Below, in pieces: positions 36,801 through 49,002 of a stretch of 64,000 nucleotides of DNA (within the stretch, counting starts at the first letter, position 1; each line of letters opens with the position of its first letter). The notes under the pieces were generated by a model. It was not told the origin of the DNA. It worked only from the letters and a program-made list of their open reading frames with translations, and did no database searches. The translations under genes and the position numbers were made by a program. Origin of the DNA: Sarea resinae (taxonomy: Eukaryota); the NCBI GenBank assembly GCA_026026165.1, contig JAPEUD010000011.1:1-64000 (forward strand). Reading direction: 5' to 3'.

Positions 36801-39163
36801 CCTATTTCACGCCACTCCAGGATTAGCAGACGCGGCCAACGGCACTGCATGCTGCAGGTTGGTCGAAGATGGGCATGGGCCGGAAACAACTGCGCCAATC
36901 AGTAAGATGACCTTATTCATTACAGATGATGTCAGCTCCCGTCGTCTCCAGAAGGAGTTACGACGAGGATAAGACTCCATGGATATTGAGTCCATTCCTC
37001 GAAGCCCCATCCATGTCCCATGATCCTGCAGGCACCTACGGGAACCTACCTCCATCGAATACTCGTTACTTTTGTCCGCTCCAAAGTATTCACGAGGTCT
37101 CTCGCTCGGGCCACCTTGGGGCGCCTTGAATGCCGTCCGGCTCCGGCTCTGGTCGGAGGTAGGTATCGTCGCAGTCACGGAGGGCTCGTCTGTCATTGGG
37201 CGATAGGCGGGGCGATTAGGTCACTTGGCATGAGATTTTCAACTCTACATGATCAGACATCAGGTCGCATGCATCTCGATGTCAATCTGCGGCCATCCTC
37301 CTCAAGCGTCGTCAACAGAGGGGCCCGACGATGGCCATTCCTCGTAGAGGGTGTTTCTTATTATTCATGATGAGACAGAAGACATTCAAATGGCTTTGCG
37401 AATCTGACACAAGTGGGCTTAACTGAGAGCGCTAAATTAAGTAATGTACGCAAGCAAGGCGCTGGACCAGTCGGTCATGCATAAAAGGTTAAACCAAGAC
37501 GAGCGACGGACCCTGTTTTCCTCGAGAGTTTGCGGAAACAGAGCACACGGACCATGGGCCCCCATGGACGTGTGTATGGTGGAGTTCCACTCCTCCAAGC
37601 TGACCGAACTAGAGCAGAATAATCGAATACTAAGGAGGAAGGGGTCCGGGAGAAGATAGGGAGAGAGGCATGGAGGAACAGAGTCGTAGAGGGAGAAGTG
37701 GAGGGCAGGGCAGTCTACCTTAGCTCAGGGTCAGGTAGACTTCCTAGTCGCCATTACATCGGAGAATGGAGTAGATACCTGAAGCGACAAGGTCGACGTG
37801 AAGAGGCGTCCGATGGCGTTGCCGTTGCCGCCGGACATGGCCCATCACTCGCCCGCTCGCTCTCTGGCTCGCTCTCTGGCTCGCTCTGGTCGGCTCGTCC
37901 TCGTCCCCAAAGGGCGTCCCTGAGCGTTCCTAGGTAGGTAGGCAGCTAGGATGGGAGCTGTTGAAGGCAAAGCGAAGCGAGGAGAAGCGGGGCCAATAAT
38001 AGCTCCATGTATCACCTTAGTAATAGGTCGTCGTGATCGGATCGTCGTGGTAGGGAGAGCCGTCCGGCGCAGTACTATGTAAACAATCAGTGAGGGAAAT
38101 CCAACCCCGTTAGGCGCATGAGATAGTTGAAGCATCGGAGATGATGGGTGATAATTTCTGGATGATACAGAGCCGTCCTTCCCCATTCTGCCGCTCCATG
38201 CGACGCCGAGAGGTACAAGCCAAGTATCTCTACTGCAGGATCGGTATCGTCGTACTGCGCAGTACTGCGCAGTAGTCGGTCGTTCCCCCTTCCCCTTCTG
38301 CTTCCCCTTCCCCCTCGTGCTGCTGACCCCCAGCTCGTGCGTGCGTGCGTGCGAGGGAGCGAGCGAGCGAGCGAACGAGCGCCCCATCGGCCCCTCCCCT
38401 CCCCCTCCCCCCCTCCCTCTCCCGCCCCCCAAAGAATCCACCATCATATCATCATGCCCCATGCCACCAGCCCCCATCATGGCCGCAGATACAGGCCGTA
38501 AACAATTATCAATGATCCACCGTAGAGTAGGCAGGCAGGCCGCATCCGGCTACCTATCTACAACGACTATACCCGCCAGGTACAGAGGCGTCAAAGAACC
38601 GACGAGGATGCGCGGCGGCGGCCATCCATGGCATCCATGGCCTGTCATTCGAATTCCCCGTTGCCGCTGCTCGAACCCACTCTGGGCTCGTTGCTAAAAC
38701 TTCGGTCCCCATGCACCTGCTCCCCCCCAAACAGCCTCAATTGAACCCATCTCACACCGGAATCCAATACCTCACCACACTGGGCCAAACCGTACACAGT
38801 ACACACCTCGAGCCACCCATGTCCGAGCTACACCATTAGGGGCGGTCTTCACCTGCTAGGTCTTCACCTCATGCACCTCATTCTAGCGATTGACGGGATG
38901 GCGATCTCGCCGACCCGGCATCGTCTCCTGCAAGACACCCTTTTTGTACGGTGGATCACCCTCGTGCCCAGTCCGTCGATACTTCATGATGGAGCTACCC
39001 CAGCCCAGTGAATCTCGGCCAGTGCATTTATTCCCTTCTAGACGAGAGAGCCGAACGAGCATCGATCCTGATCTCATGTCAAATTCACCGACGCGATGTG
39101 GCTTGATTCACTATATAGACGCGAATCGTCCTCGTCTGCCCTCGCTCCCGTGGTCTCTTCTTC

Positions 39164-39169
39164 TATAAA
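39164..39169 (+). promoter_or_regulatory. TATA box of the GT2 gene
   Basis: TATAAA about 60 nt upstream of ATG 39230, after a CT-rich tract. Confidence 0.45.
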
Positions 39170-39229
39170 GGTAATGGAGACAGTGAGTTCCACTCCACGC
39201 TCGTTAGACATCATTCGTTTGGCTCTGCA

Positions 39230-40784
39230 ATGGCGGTTTACGGTTATTTTTTCCTAGTCTGTTGGTACGTGTCGATGTCATGTCGGGCCATCTGAGGTCA
39301 CTGACGTATTGCCCCTCATGCCGATCACCGTTGCTGACCAGCTGTCCCCGTGTCCCCCAGGCTCTACCGTTATGTTCGACTCATCATCAATTGCGTCTCT
39401 CACTGGACTTTTCGTCCAATCCCTCTGCCTGACGAGCCGACTCTTGGGTCTCAAGATGTAACAATCATCATCCCCACCATCGACGGCGATAACGAAGAGC
39501 TGCGAGCTACGATCCGGAGTTGCCTGCGAACCGAGCCATTCGAGATCATACTGGTAACGACAGATGCCGAGCTCAAGCGAGCCGACAAGATGGTTCAGGC
39601 CATGTCCACCAGCCGGATCCGCGTTCTGAGCATCGCCCGCGCCAATAAACGGCGTCAGATGTGCCGTGCCATTCCAGAGGTCCTCACGGAGATCACCGTA
39701 TTTGCGGATGACGATGTCGAGTGGCCGCCCCGCATCCTCGAGTGGATGCTTGCGCCCTTTGAAGACCCTGGTTATGGCGGCGTTGGGACCTGTCAACGTC
39801 TCAAGCGAGTCAAGTGCCCTGATCTTTCGACCCGGATTTGGAACTTCCTAGGTGCCATCTATCTCGAGAGGCGCAATTTCGACATCTCAGCTACAAGTCA
39901 CATTGATGGCGGTATTCCATGCCTTTCGGGTCGCACAGTCGCTTATCGTACGCAAATCTTGCAAGACCCTGCTTTTACTTACGGATTCACCCACGAAGTC
40001 TGGTTCAACACCTACCAGCTCAACGCAGATGACGACAATTTCATCACTCGCTGGATTTTCATGCACCAATGGAAGACATACATTCAATATTGCAAAGAGG
40101 CTGAGCTTACGACTACCCTGGAGGATAATTCCAAATTCATCAAGCAATGTCTGCGATGGTCCCGGAGCAATTGGCGAAGCAATCTGACTAGTATGATCAT
40201 TGATAGATCAGTTTGGACGTAAGACTCTTCTGAGAAGTTCAAAGGAATTCATGCTAACGTAGATATTACGCAGCAAACAACCATGGAGCGCATACGCCGT
40301 CCAGATCACCACCATCACGCAATGGGCATTCCTGAGCGACGTGACCATGGTCTGGCTTCTGTATAAGGCCACAGAGGACTCCTCGCAATGTCTTAGGAAT
40401 ATCGCCTTCGTCGCCATGATCTCCTGGATGGTCCTCTCAAAGTTCATCAAGCTCATCGGTCACTTCATCCGCTACCCTGAGGATGTCTGGTTGTGGCCCA
40501 TATCGCCGATCTTTGGATACTTGCATGGCCTCTTGAAGTTGTATGCTGCGTTTACCTTGCACGAGGTAAGTCTGGTTACTTTTTCGGATCGCCTAGTTTG
40601 ACGCGCACGCGCGCCTACCCACCAATCGATCATGCTGACGATACTTGCTTTTTTTCAGACTGCGTGGGGCAGCCGTGCTGGCGCAGATACAGATGACGAA
40701 TACCGCATGATTCCTATCGAATCGAGGATGTCAGCAGAGATGGCGAGGAGCTCGATGGAATCTAATAAGCCTCTTATGGGATAG
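39230..40784 (+). CDS. cps1: Processive glycosyltransferase family 2 polysaccharide synthase (Cps1/CpsA, hyaluronan-synthase-like); spliced
   Basis: Introns 39265-39360, 40219-40273, 40566-40658. Motifs IIPT, ANKRRQM, FADDDV (DxD), CLSGRT, ADDDNFITRW, QCLRWSRSNWRSN (QxxRW), C-terminal transmembrane segments and TAWGSR. Confidence 0.88.
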
Positions 40785-42788
40785 ACTTTTTCCTCTCGGG
40801 TGATGGCAACCGCACAAAAGGTTGACGATACTTAATGTGGTTTAGAGGTGTACCGGTTCTTGGGGCGTCCAAAAGGGTCGGCTTTTTCGATCGCGAGAGT
40901 GCTACGGGTCTATGATTTCTCGGTGGTCAGCGGTCAGGCAAAAAGTTTCGAAGCTCTTCTTCTTCTTCATTTCGCAACGTTGTGTACTCTATCCAAAAAT
41001 GACGACAGACAGAGACTACCTAATAAATTTTATTTGCGAGAAATCAGCTCTACCGCTATGGTCTCCTTTGCGCCGTGTGTTTGCATCTCGATGGAATGGG
41101 CTTGGATGAGCTCCGAGCGTGATCATCGATGATCGAGATGGGTTGATTTGCCCACGAGCATACGAAGTGTTTGATAGTAGTTACTCGAGACCACAAGTAT
41201 CACCGAATCGCGAACCCCGCCGCGCCGCCCCCGCCCGACTGCCTCCGCCGCACTGCTACATGGTATTGCCGAGACCCTGAACGCAGCCGTGTCGTCAATC
41301 CGACGAGCACATCCCTGATCTGAACGAGGCGCCGTTATTGTACGACCTCAGAACAACTTCACATGCATGACACAAGTCCCATCGATGTATTCATCCACAT
41401 TCTTTCTCGGTTTCTGGGATCGATCCCTGAGCATTTGCAAACTTTTTCCTTCTCTTCGGGATTTGTAGGGTTATTAATGCCACTCCCGGCACTCCGCCCG
41501 ACTGCAACGCAACGCATCACATCACGTCGCAATAATGCAATAACAGCAGACGTCTTCCGACCGGATGGGTCCATGGGCCAGAGCCATCAAATCGCCCTGC
41601 TTCTAGCGCGCTGCATATTAGTCTACACAACACGAGCGAAGAAGATATTTTCACCTGAAGCACGACCCGTTTACCCATGAACGTGGCCGAGAAACAGCTC
41701 ATGCGTTGCGTCTCACCTCGCTCGGCCCCCGACCGAGTCTCGAGGATTAATATAGTAGTTCAGACAGACAGACAGACAGTCGTCAGTCAGTCGATCTCCA
41801 GCTGTCGTCGATCAGTCAATGAACGTGGACGGGGCGGAGAATGCCGTCGCCTGAAGCCGCGAGATTGAAGTGGCAGAGAGCGAGAAAAAAGAGATATATC
41901 ACATTTTCCCATCCCTTTGTTCTTGCCTTCCCCATGGCTGCCGCTCTGTCCCTCCTGCTCGATAGGGATAGTCAATCAGGATGCCAAGTTGCGCCAGTGG
42001 ACGCCACGATCATGTCCGTGCTCATGCATCCCCCTTGTTAGGTACCTCGTTCCGTCTTGTTTTGTTCATGACATTGATGATGATGATGATTATCATCATC
42101 ATCATCATCGTCAATCACTATCATCATGCCCCTTGCCCCATGCTCATGCTCCGTGCTCTGCTCATGCCCCTTTGAGATGCTCGTGCTGATTGTCATGGCA
42201 TGTTCTACCCGGATGTATGTGTTTGCTGCTTGAGGAAAAGGGGAGCATCATCTCTACCTCTCTTACCTGCCCGCCCCACTGCCGTGCCACTGATCGCTCG
42301 AAGATCGTCTTGATCGTTCGTTTGCGCGCGCGCTCGCTCGACTCCACCTCGGCTCGTCATATCAGTCGTAGCGATAATCGATGACTCGCAAGCCTCGCCT
42401 CGATAGAATAGCATAAACAGCAAAGTAGTCACGATCGAGTCGAGTACCGTACGCGTACGCATCGAGTGGATTGAGGCTAGAATCTACATGGAAGCCAAAC
42501 TGCCGCTCAGTAACACATACATACATATGCATGTACAGTAATTACGCAAGCACCCAAGCATCAATCAAGTATATTCCATCCTCGTATGCATGTGAGCAAG
42601 TATGTAAGGTAAAGTATCGTGTAATTAATGGACCTCCCCATACAGTGCTCATTAATAATGGTCAGGTAAGGTAAGGTAAGCAGCTCCTTTTGGTCCAAAT
42701 CCATGCTCTTCGTGCCTTTGTTCGTCCGTCACGATCTAGGCGCTGCTGGCTGGCTGGTGGTCTTCGCGACCGAGTCAACGGCCGAGCA

Positions 42789-43300
42789 ACGACGACGACG
42801 ACGACGCCGCCGCTTGGGAGCCAGTCTGCAGTGCACCTCGCGAACGAACCCCCAACCCCCCAACTTCCGACCCCTGACCCCTGACCCCTGACGCCCCGGC
42901 TTGGCTTGGCTCTGCTGGGCCGGCCGGCCAGGGGCTCGAGCCTGGAGCTGGGGTCGGTCTGGGGGCTAGGCCTCGGGCTTGGCTGGGGCTAGGGCTAGGG
43001 CTGGGGCTGGGGCTGAGCTGAGCTGAGCTGAGCTGAGCTGGGCGCCCTGGCCGCGCTCGCTCGCTCGCGAGCTCGCCATGGGCGGCTGATGATTGCCTAC
43101 CTACCAACCTACCTTGCTTGCTTGCTCTCGCTGCCTCACCTTAGCGAGTGTGCGGGATACGGATACGACGGCCAGGCCAGGCCAGGCCAGGCCAGGGCAA
43201 TCGCGGTAATTGTGGATAGAGAGAGATAGACAGAAAGACACAGAAAGGCAGAAAGACACAGAAACACAGAAAGACACAGAAAGACAAAAAGACACACAGA
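42789..43300. repeat. Compound microsatellite cluster: (GAC)n, (ACCCCTG)3, (GGGCTR)n, (GCTGA)5, (GGCCA)5, (AGACACAGAA)n
   Basis: Read directly from the sequence. The ORFs that cross it are low-complexity artefacts. Confidence 0.85.
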
Positions 43301-44328
43301 GGAGAGAAATAGAGAGTGCGAGAGCATAAGAGACCGCGCGCGTGGCGCGGCAGTTCTATCATAGCCAAAAGTGGCGGGATGGGCATGAGGATGATCATGA
43401 GGATGGATGCTTATGGCAGTGAGTGCACAGTCAAGGGGTTCTCGCTTCTTTATTGATTTATCTATTCTTTCTCTGTTTCTACTCACCCGGATGATTAGAT
43501 AGATGCATACTTACATTTGTTGGAGTCTACATGCTTGTCTGTTGATTTGCTTGAGATGAGATCGTGATGAAGTTATTGATGGACAACGCCAGCAGTAGAA
43601 CGAAAAGATCGGATAACTTGCCTAGAGGTAGTGGTGTAATGGATCCGGTCATCATCATGTCCTAGATTGTGATTGACCTTCTGCGACTTCATCTTAGAGC
43701 TTGCGGTTCGCGAAGAGCAGTGTGTTGATTCTGAGTGAGATACAGAACAAAATATGGGTGATTCGGCGTTCTATATTTGACATTGGATTTTGGTATCGGT
43801 ATTCGTGGACAAAGAGTAGGGTGGCGCTCTATTTTGTTTCATTTGTCCCTACTCGTTCGCTCTCCTCAGTTTTGTCGGGTCTTGTTCAAACGGCTGACAA
43901 GCACGAGATCTGACTCTCCAAATCAACTCAACAGAATGACATTTCTAACTTCACATTTATTCTATTCTCACTGCCCTCTTTATCATTCTCATATCATTCT
44001 CATAGCTATCTACCAAAGTGTCACGAGAACTTCTAGGACCACCTTCTAGAATATCAAAGAAAAAAAAAGCCAAAAGGCTCAGATTGCTCTTCGAAGCAAT
44101 CCTACGAAAACCCATTTCTGAGTTTATCTCATTAGAGACCCCCGTTCGTCTCTAGAAACACAAGGCTGCCTTCTACTAAGACATTATGGCTGAATGTAGT
44201 CGCATACTTCTCCCGATTCTTCCCTTATTCAATATATCCTCTTCCAAATTTCCCCTTCCTAACTCTTCCTCTCCTCGTCCTGCTCCCTTTTCTCCTTTAT
44301 AAATTCCTCCTGACGCTTTTTTCCTTCT

Positions 44329-44427
44329 CCCACTGCAGGATTCGAACACAGGTGCTCTAGAACCCCATCTGCATCTGAAGCACAGCAGTCTAAAACCCCT
44401 CCGCAGTACCGCTACACCAACATGGCC
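44329..44427 (-). ncRNA. Degenerate tRNA-like / RNA polymerase III type-2 element (pseudo-tRNA or SINE head)
   Basis: Minus strand has an A box TGGTGTAGCGG (44419-44409) and a B box TGTTCGAATCC (44348-44338), with a hairpin CTGTG-CTTCAGA-TGCAG between them. The acceptor and T stems pair poorly, so this is not called a functional tRNA. Confidence 0.55.
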
Positions 44428-45998
44428 TTTGTTGGAATGAATGGGTGTTGTTGTGTGTTATATAGGTGCCGACTGATTCACCGGACTGCGTATTGCGTTC
44501 TCACTTACCTGCTTCCCGGAACCCCGCCCGTCAGATGGCAGACTTCCTGCGCATATGATCATTCACCATTTACCATCACAGGAGCCGGAACCCTCAAAAA
44601 CAGCGAGCTGGTCAAGTCAAGACCTCATCCCGCCACGTCGGGCCTTGATGCGATTCCTGCTACTAGAGCTTGCCCCACTCCACACACGTATACATACATA
44701 CATCAATATACAATATATCAGCCCCTGAAAGCTCCAGCGCGAGAAGCACCACCCTCCCCTCCCCCTTCCTCCTCCTGACGGACCAAATCCCGATCTCCCG
44801 CCGTGGGTCCCAGCCAGCCCGCCCCCCCGGGCCTAGCTTACGCGTCACGACCGGCAGCACGCACGGATCCATCACGGGCCCCTCTGTCTGTCGATCTTTC
44901 GCGGAAAGATCCCCTGACGCAGCAGCGAGCACGCTTGCTCCCGGGATCTCCTCCCGCGTGGCGCAGTGCGGCACGGCAAGCGGAACCAGATGGGGACTCA
45001 GCGTAAGTAAGTCACCGAAAGGGGATGAGCGGAAAAGGGGAGGAACAGAGTTACGAGGACAGGCTGGCTAACCCACACGTAACGCTCCACCTGCTGAGCA
45101 ACCCTGCCTCCCTACCTACCCATCCATCTAATCTTTCTCTGCCAGAAAGGGTTTCCCGGCCATCAAGGAGCAATCACCATAACGCAGGGGCACAGAGGCA
45201 GAGGACGGGGAAAAGGACAGTGGCAATACGTACTTTGGTACCGTTGTTCCCAGGGCGGCCCGAGGGGCCCGTATACCTCGCACGCTCGCGCTCTCGGTCG
45301 TAAGTAAATGACGAGAAGCAAGAGCCAGCAATGATACCCACTCTACCGCCGCCACCACCATCTCGGCTTTCCTTTTCGATCGATCGATCAAGACAGCGAG
45401 CGGGGCGGACCGGCGGACGGCAGAGCGCGAGACGATGCCGTGCAGTCCTATCCACAAGCATCCAAGCGACAGTACCTGACATCCCTAACGCACGGGAGTT
45501 TCAATAGATGTACGCACGGACGAAGCCTGATGCTTGACTGGCCCCTGAAACGGATGGCGAGGGAGGGGGTGGATCGGGGATATGGATACAGACGGGCTTG
45601 CACGGGGTAGAGCGGAGCAGAACAGCTTGATGGTGATCGATTGATTGATAGAGAGGTGATAATTGCTGTTCGAAGTAGATGGGTCTGTATTTACGTAGGT
45701 AGCCAGGTAGCCAGGAGCCATAGGAGGGTACAGCTCAAAGGGATGGGAACAAGATGAGCCGTACAAGATAATTAAAACTAGAACATGAAATAGCGTAAAT
45801 CAAAGTCTTCGGGTGTCAAAAAACGCCAAAGTAGTTGTAGATATAGGGGTCTGTTTGCAAGCTGCGTGGCCTTTGAGCATGACTTTGAAGCTTCATGAGA
45901 ATTCTTCGACTTCGTAGTTGTAATTGCCTGATGTCCCCAATGTTTCGTCAAAAATGACAGCATATAATTTCTGCGTCATACTTGAACAATCAAATCCC

Positions 45999-48696
45999 TC
46001 AGAGACCTAAATACCTAACGCCGAATTTTATTCCATCAACATCTTCCGCCCCTTTCACGCCGATAGTGACTACTTCGCCCGGAACAAGGTCAACGCCATT
46101 ATCGTCAAAGAAAATTCCATCGTCTTCGATTTCTAGCGCCACGCCTTTGAGAGGTACTTCCGCAGACAGCGACACCGTTGCTCGGTCGGGTGAGAGCGTG
46201 ATGCGCAGGCTCCGAGGTTTTTGCAGATGCACGTACTTCAGAGGTTCGGGCCAGCTGAGTGATCGAGCCACCTGCTTGCCGTTCTCGAAAATGTAAGCGC
46301 CGACGACGGTCTGGCCGGCTTCATCAACGCCGACCTCCATGGGGATGCGCCAGTACCCGAGTTCCGCACTCCGATTGGGCTCGAGAATGAGCTGTTGTCC
46401 AATGATCGCCGAAAAGACCTCTTTTCCTGAAATTATGTTCCAGGCTTTGATCTGGATGTCGATGGTCCGTCTGCCTAAGGATAGATTTGAAGCCCACAAT
46501 GCGAATGCAGTATCAGACAAGGCCGAGACGCTCGTAAGGGTGTTTGGATCAGTGCCCGTTTTCTCTACCGAACGTTTCATGCCAATCGTCAATGGAGCCA
46601 TCTCACGTTTGATGGCATAATATGCAAGCTTCGGTCTCAAATAATAATCGACAATCGACCAGGAGGTACACGGCCAGCAATCGTTCATTTGCCACACCAA
46701 AGCACCGGCGCAGTATTCGTGACCCGGTCCTTTCCATTGCCGTCTCCAGAGCCTGAAAGCGCTCGCGACACATTCTGCTTGTACGAGCTGGGTGCAGTAG
46801 ACGTGTTGCTCGAAAGGCTCGAAAGGGAATCGGATGTTCTCGACGAGATATACTGCCAGTCTTCTCTCGTGGCCAGCGGCTTTATTGTGAAAGTCGACGA
46901 TCGACGACTGCGGGTATCGTTCTGCCGAGTCTGGAGGGATAAAGCCATCGATGGTCTTCATGTTTGGGAAACCTTGCATGCCGAACTCGGTCACAAAGCG
47001 ACCGCTCAATTTGTCAAAATCCTGGTACTTTTCCTGGCTCTCATGCCAGACTGGGATAGCATCAGCTAGTACGGGAAAGTCTAAGCCTTAGCTAGGGCTT
47101 ACCATTCCATTGATGAATATCACCAACAGTGGGATCTCTCGTACTCTTCCCTCCCCAGGGGGACCCATAGTGGTAGAACGAGTCTGGTGCCACTTCCTTC
47201 ATCACATCAGCTAGGAGCTTCTCGTAGATATAGCGAGCAGGAAAGGAACTCCGGAGCCAACTTTCCGGGTCTTTATCCTCGGGGTCATAATCTAGATTCG
47301 ACGTCTCCTGAATTTGGTAGTCCTCGTTATTCCCCGCCCAGAGCACGATTGACGGATGATGTCGAAGCTGTTTCACGTTGGCCGTAGCTTCCTTCCTCAC
47401 AGAATCAAGCATCGCAGGGAAGGTTGGATAATTACCACAGGCGAAAAGGAAGTCCTGCCAAACCAGTACACCCAACTCGTCACAGGCATCGTAAAATGCT
47501 GCTTCTTCATAGATGCCTCCTGCCCACACGCGGGTCATCACCTGGTTGCCATCAACCATTAGTTGGACCCAATCCCTATATCGCTCCTTGGTAATCCTGG
47601 GAATAAAGCTGTCTGTTGGAATCCAATTGCTGCCGCCACAAAATATTGGAACATTATTGATCTCAAAGTAGAAGGAGGTTCCAGGTACGTCTTTTAATTC
47701 CTGGGTGGCAGGCTCTAATGAATCTTTCAATTTATGTTGAACGACCTTTGCTCTCCTGATACCGAGTCTTTTCCTGCTTTGGTCCTTCTTCGAGCTCCCT
47801 TCAAAGAGCGTTGCCGTAAGAGTATATAGTGGCTGCTCGCCGTAGCCTGCGGGGTACCAAAGCCGCGGCTGGCGGGTAATGAAGGTCACCGATGCAGACA
47901 TATCAAGCACTGGAACAGTCTCAGAAGCAACCAACTTCTCACCAAGGTGAATTTCGAGGAGGACTTCTGAAGCCGGACCTTCGACTTCTGCACGAGCAAC
48001 AATCTCGGCGGATTGTAAATGAAATGGGACATCTAGCTTGAAGCTGAGGTCCGTGATTCTGGCAGTATAGACTTCTAGATTAATGGGACGCCAAGGCCCA
48101 CATGTCAATAAAGTCGGGCCCCAATCCCATCCCTGTCGTCAGTGCTATGGTTAGGACGAAGACGAGGCTAGAAGATGGGACAACTCAACACGCACGTAAT
48201 GATATTGAGCCTTTCTCACCGCCATACGGCTCGGGTCTCCATTCCAGCAGATCCATTCGTGTTCGGAGGGACGGAGCGCGATTTTCTTTCCCTCCATCCA
48301 CGCGCTTTCGAACCGGATCCGCAACTCATTCTCTGCATTATTTATCAATAGATCCGAGACGTCAATTCTGTGGGGTATGAACATATTGTCGCTTTGCAGG
48401 ATCGTGTTGCCATTCAAATGGACTGTGGCATAAGTATCCAAGCCATCAAAGGCTAACACCACCTTCTTCTTTGAAAGGGGAGAATCGAAAGTAGTCCGGT
48501 ATAGCCACGCCTTTTCTCCCACCCACTGCACGTCATTTTCATTTTGCGAATAGTAAGGATCGGGAATGAGACCGTTTGCAAGGAGATCAAGATGCACGTT
48601 GGTTGGAAACTGAGCCACTGGCAGGAATTTGGACGCTGCATCATCTGCTTGTTTGAAGGTCCAGCCCTCATTCAACGGCGTCACCAGCCGCGTCAT
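45999..48696 (-). CDS. mndB: Beta-mannosidase, glycoside hydrolase family 2 (MndB-like, no signal peptide); spliced
   Basis: Introns 48133-48195 and 47051-47102. Motifs FDGLDTYA, RKAQYHY|GWDWGP, GGSNWIP, WQDFLFAC, HHPSIVLWAGNNE (acid/base Glu), TEFGMQG (nucleophile Glu), WQMNDCWP. Confidence 0.93.
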
Positions 48697-49002
48697 AGTG
48701 ATCACTAGATGGTCATTGCCGTTTCAGACAACAAGCAAGTGAGTATTTTTCTTGCGAAATTGCAGGCAATGTATGGAATGATCATGTTTTGCACTCAACC
48801 GTGGTGAGAGACGTCGTTCCCCGCTGCTTGTTGATACCCCACAACTTACTCTGTTTACTTCGTGCAGTCGACTTACGTAAGCAGACATGGCTCCTTGATT
48901 GAAGCTCGGTGAACTGGCGGGCTGCTGGACCTGCGATGCACCACAACACACAACACCGACGGAAACCTTCTGTAGGAGAACGGTCAAGAGCCATAAGCAA
49001 AG

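Noticed and set aside
39174..39257. uORF overlapping the Cps1-like start
   Set aside because: Its ATG is only about 5 nt after the TATA box, so it probably lies upstream of the transcription start.
44100..44320. RNase P RNA or C/D snoRNA downstream of the tRNA-like leader
   Set aside because: Only short partial matches (GGGAAATTTGG; ATGAGA...CTGA). I could not build the required helices or a guide sequence by eye; a covariance-model search is needed.
44329..44427. Functional tRNA-Sec or opal suppressor tRNA
   Set aside because: A UCA loop is present, but the acceptor and T stems do not pair properly, extra sequence separates the D-like arm from the hairpin, and no gene here needs UGA readthrough. 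Kept only as a tRNA-like element.
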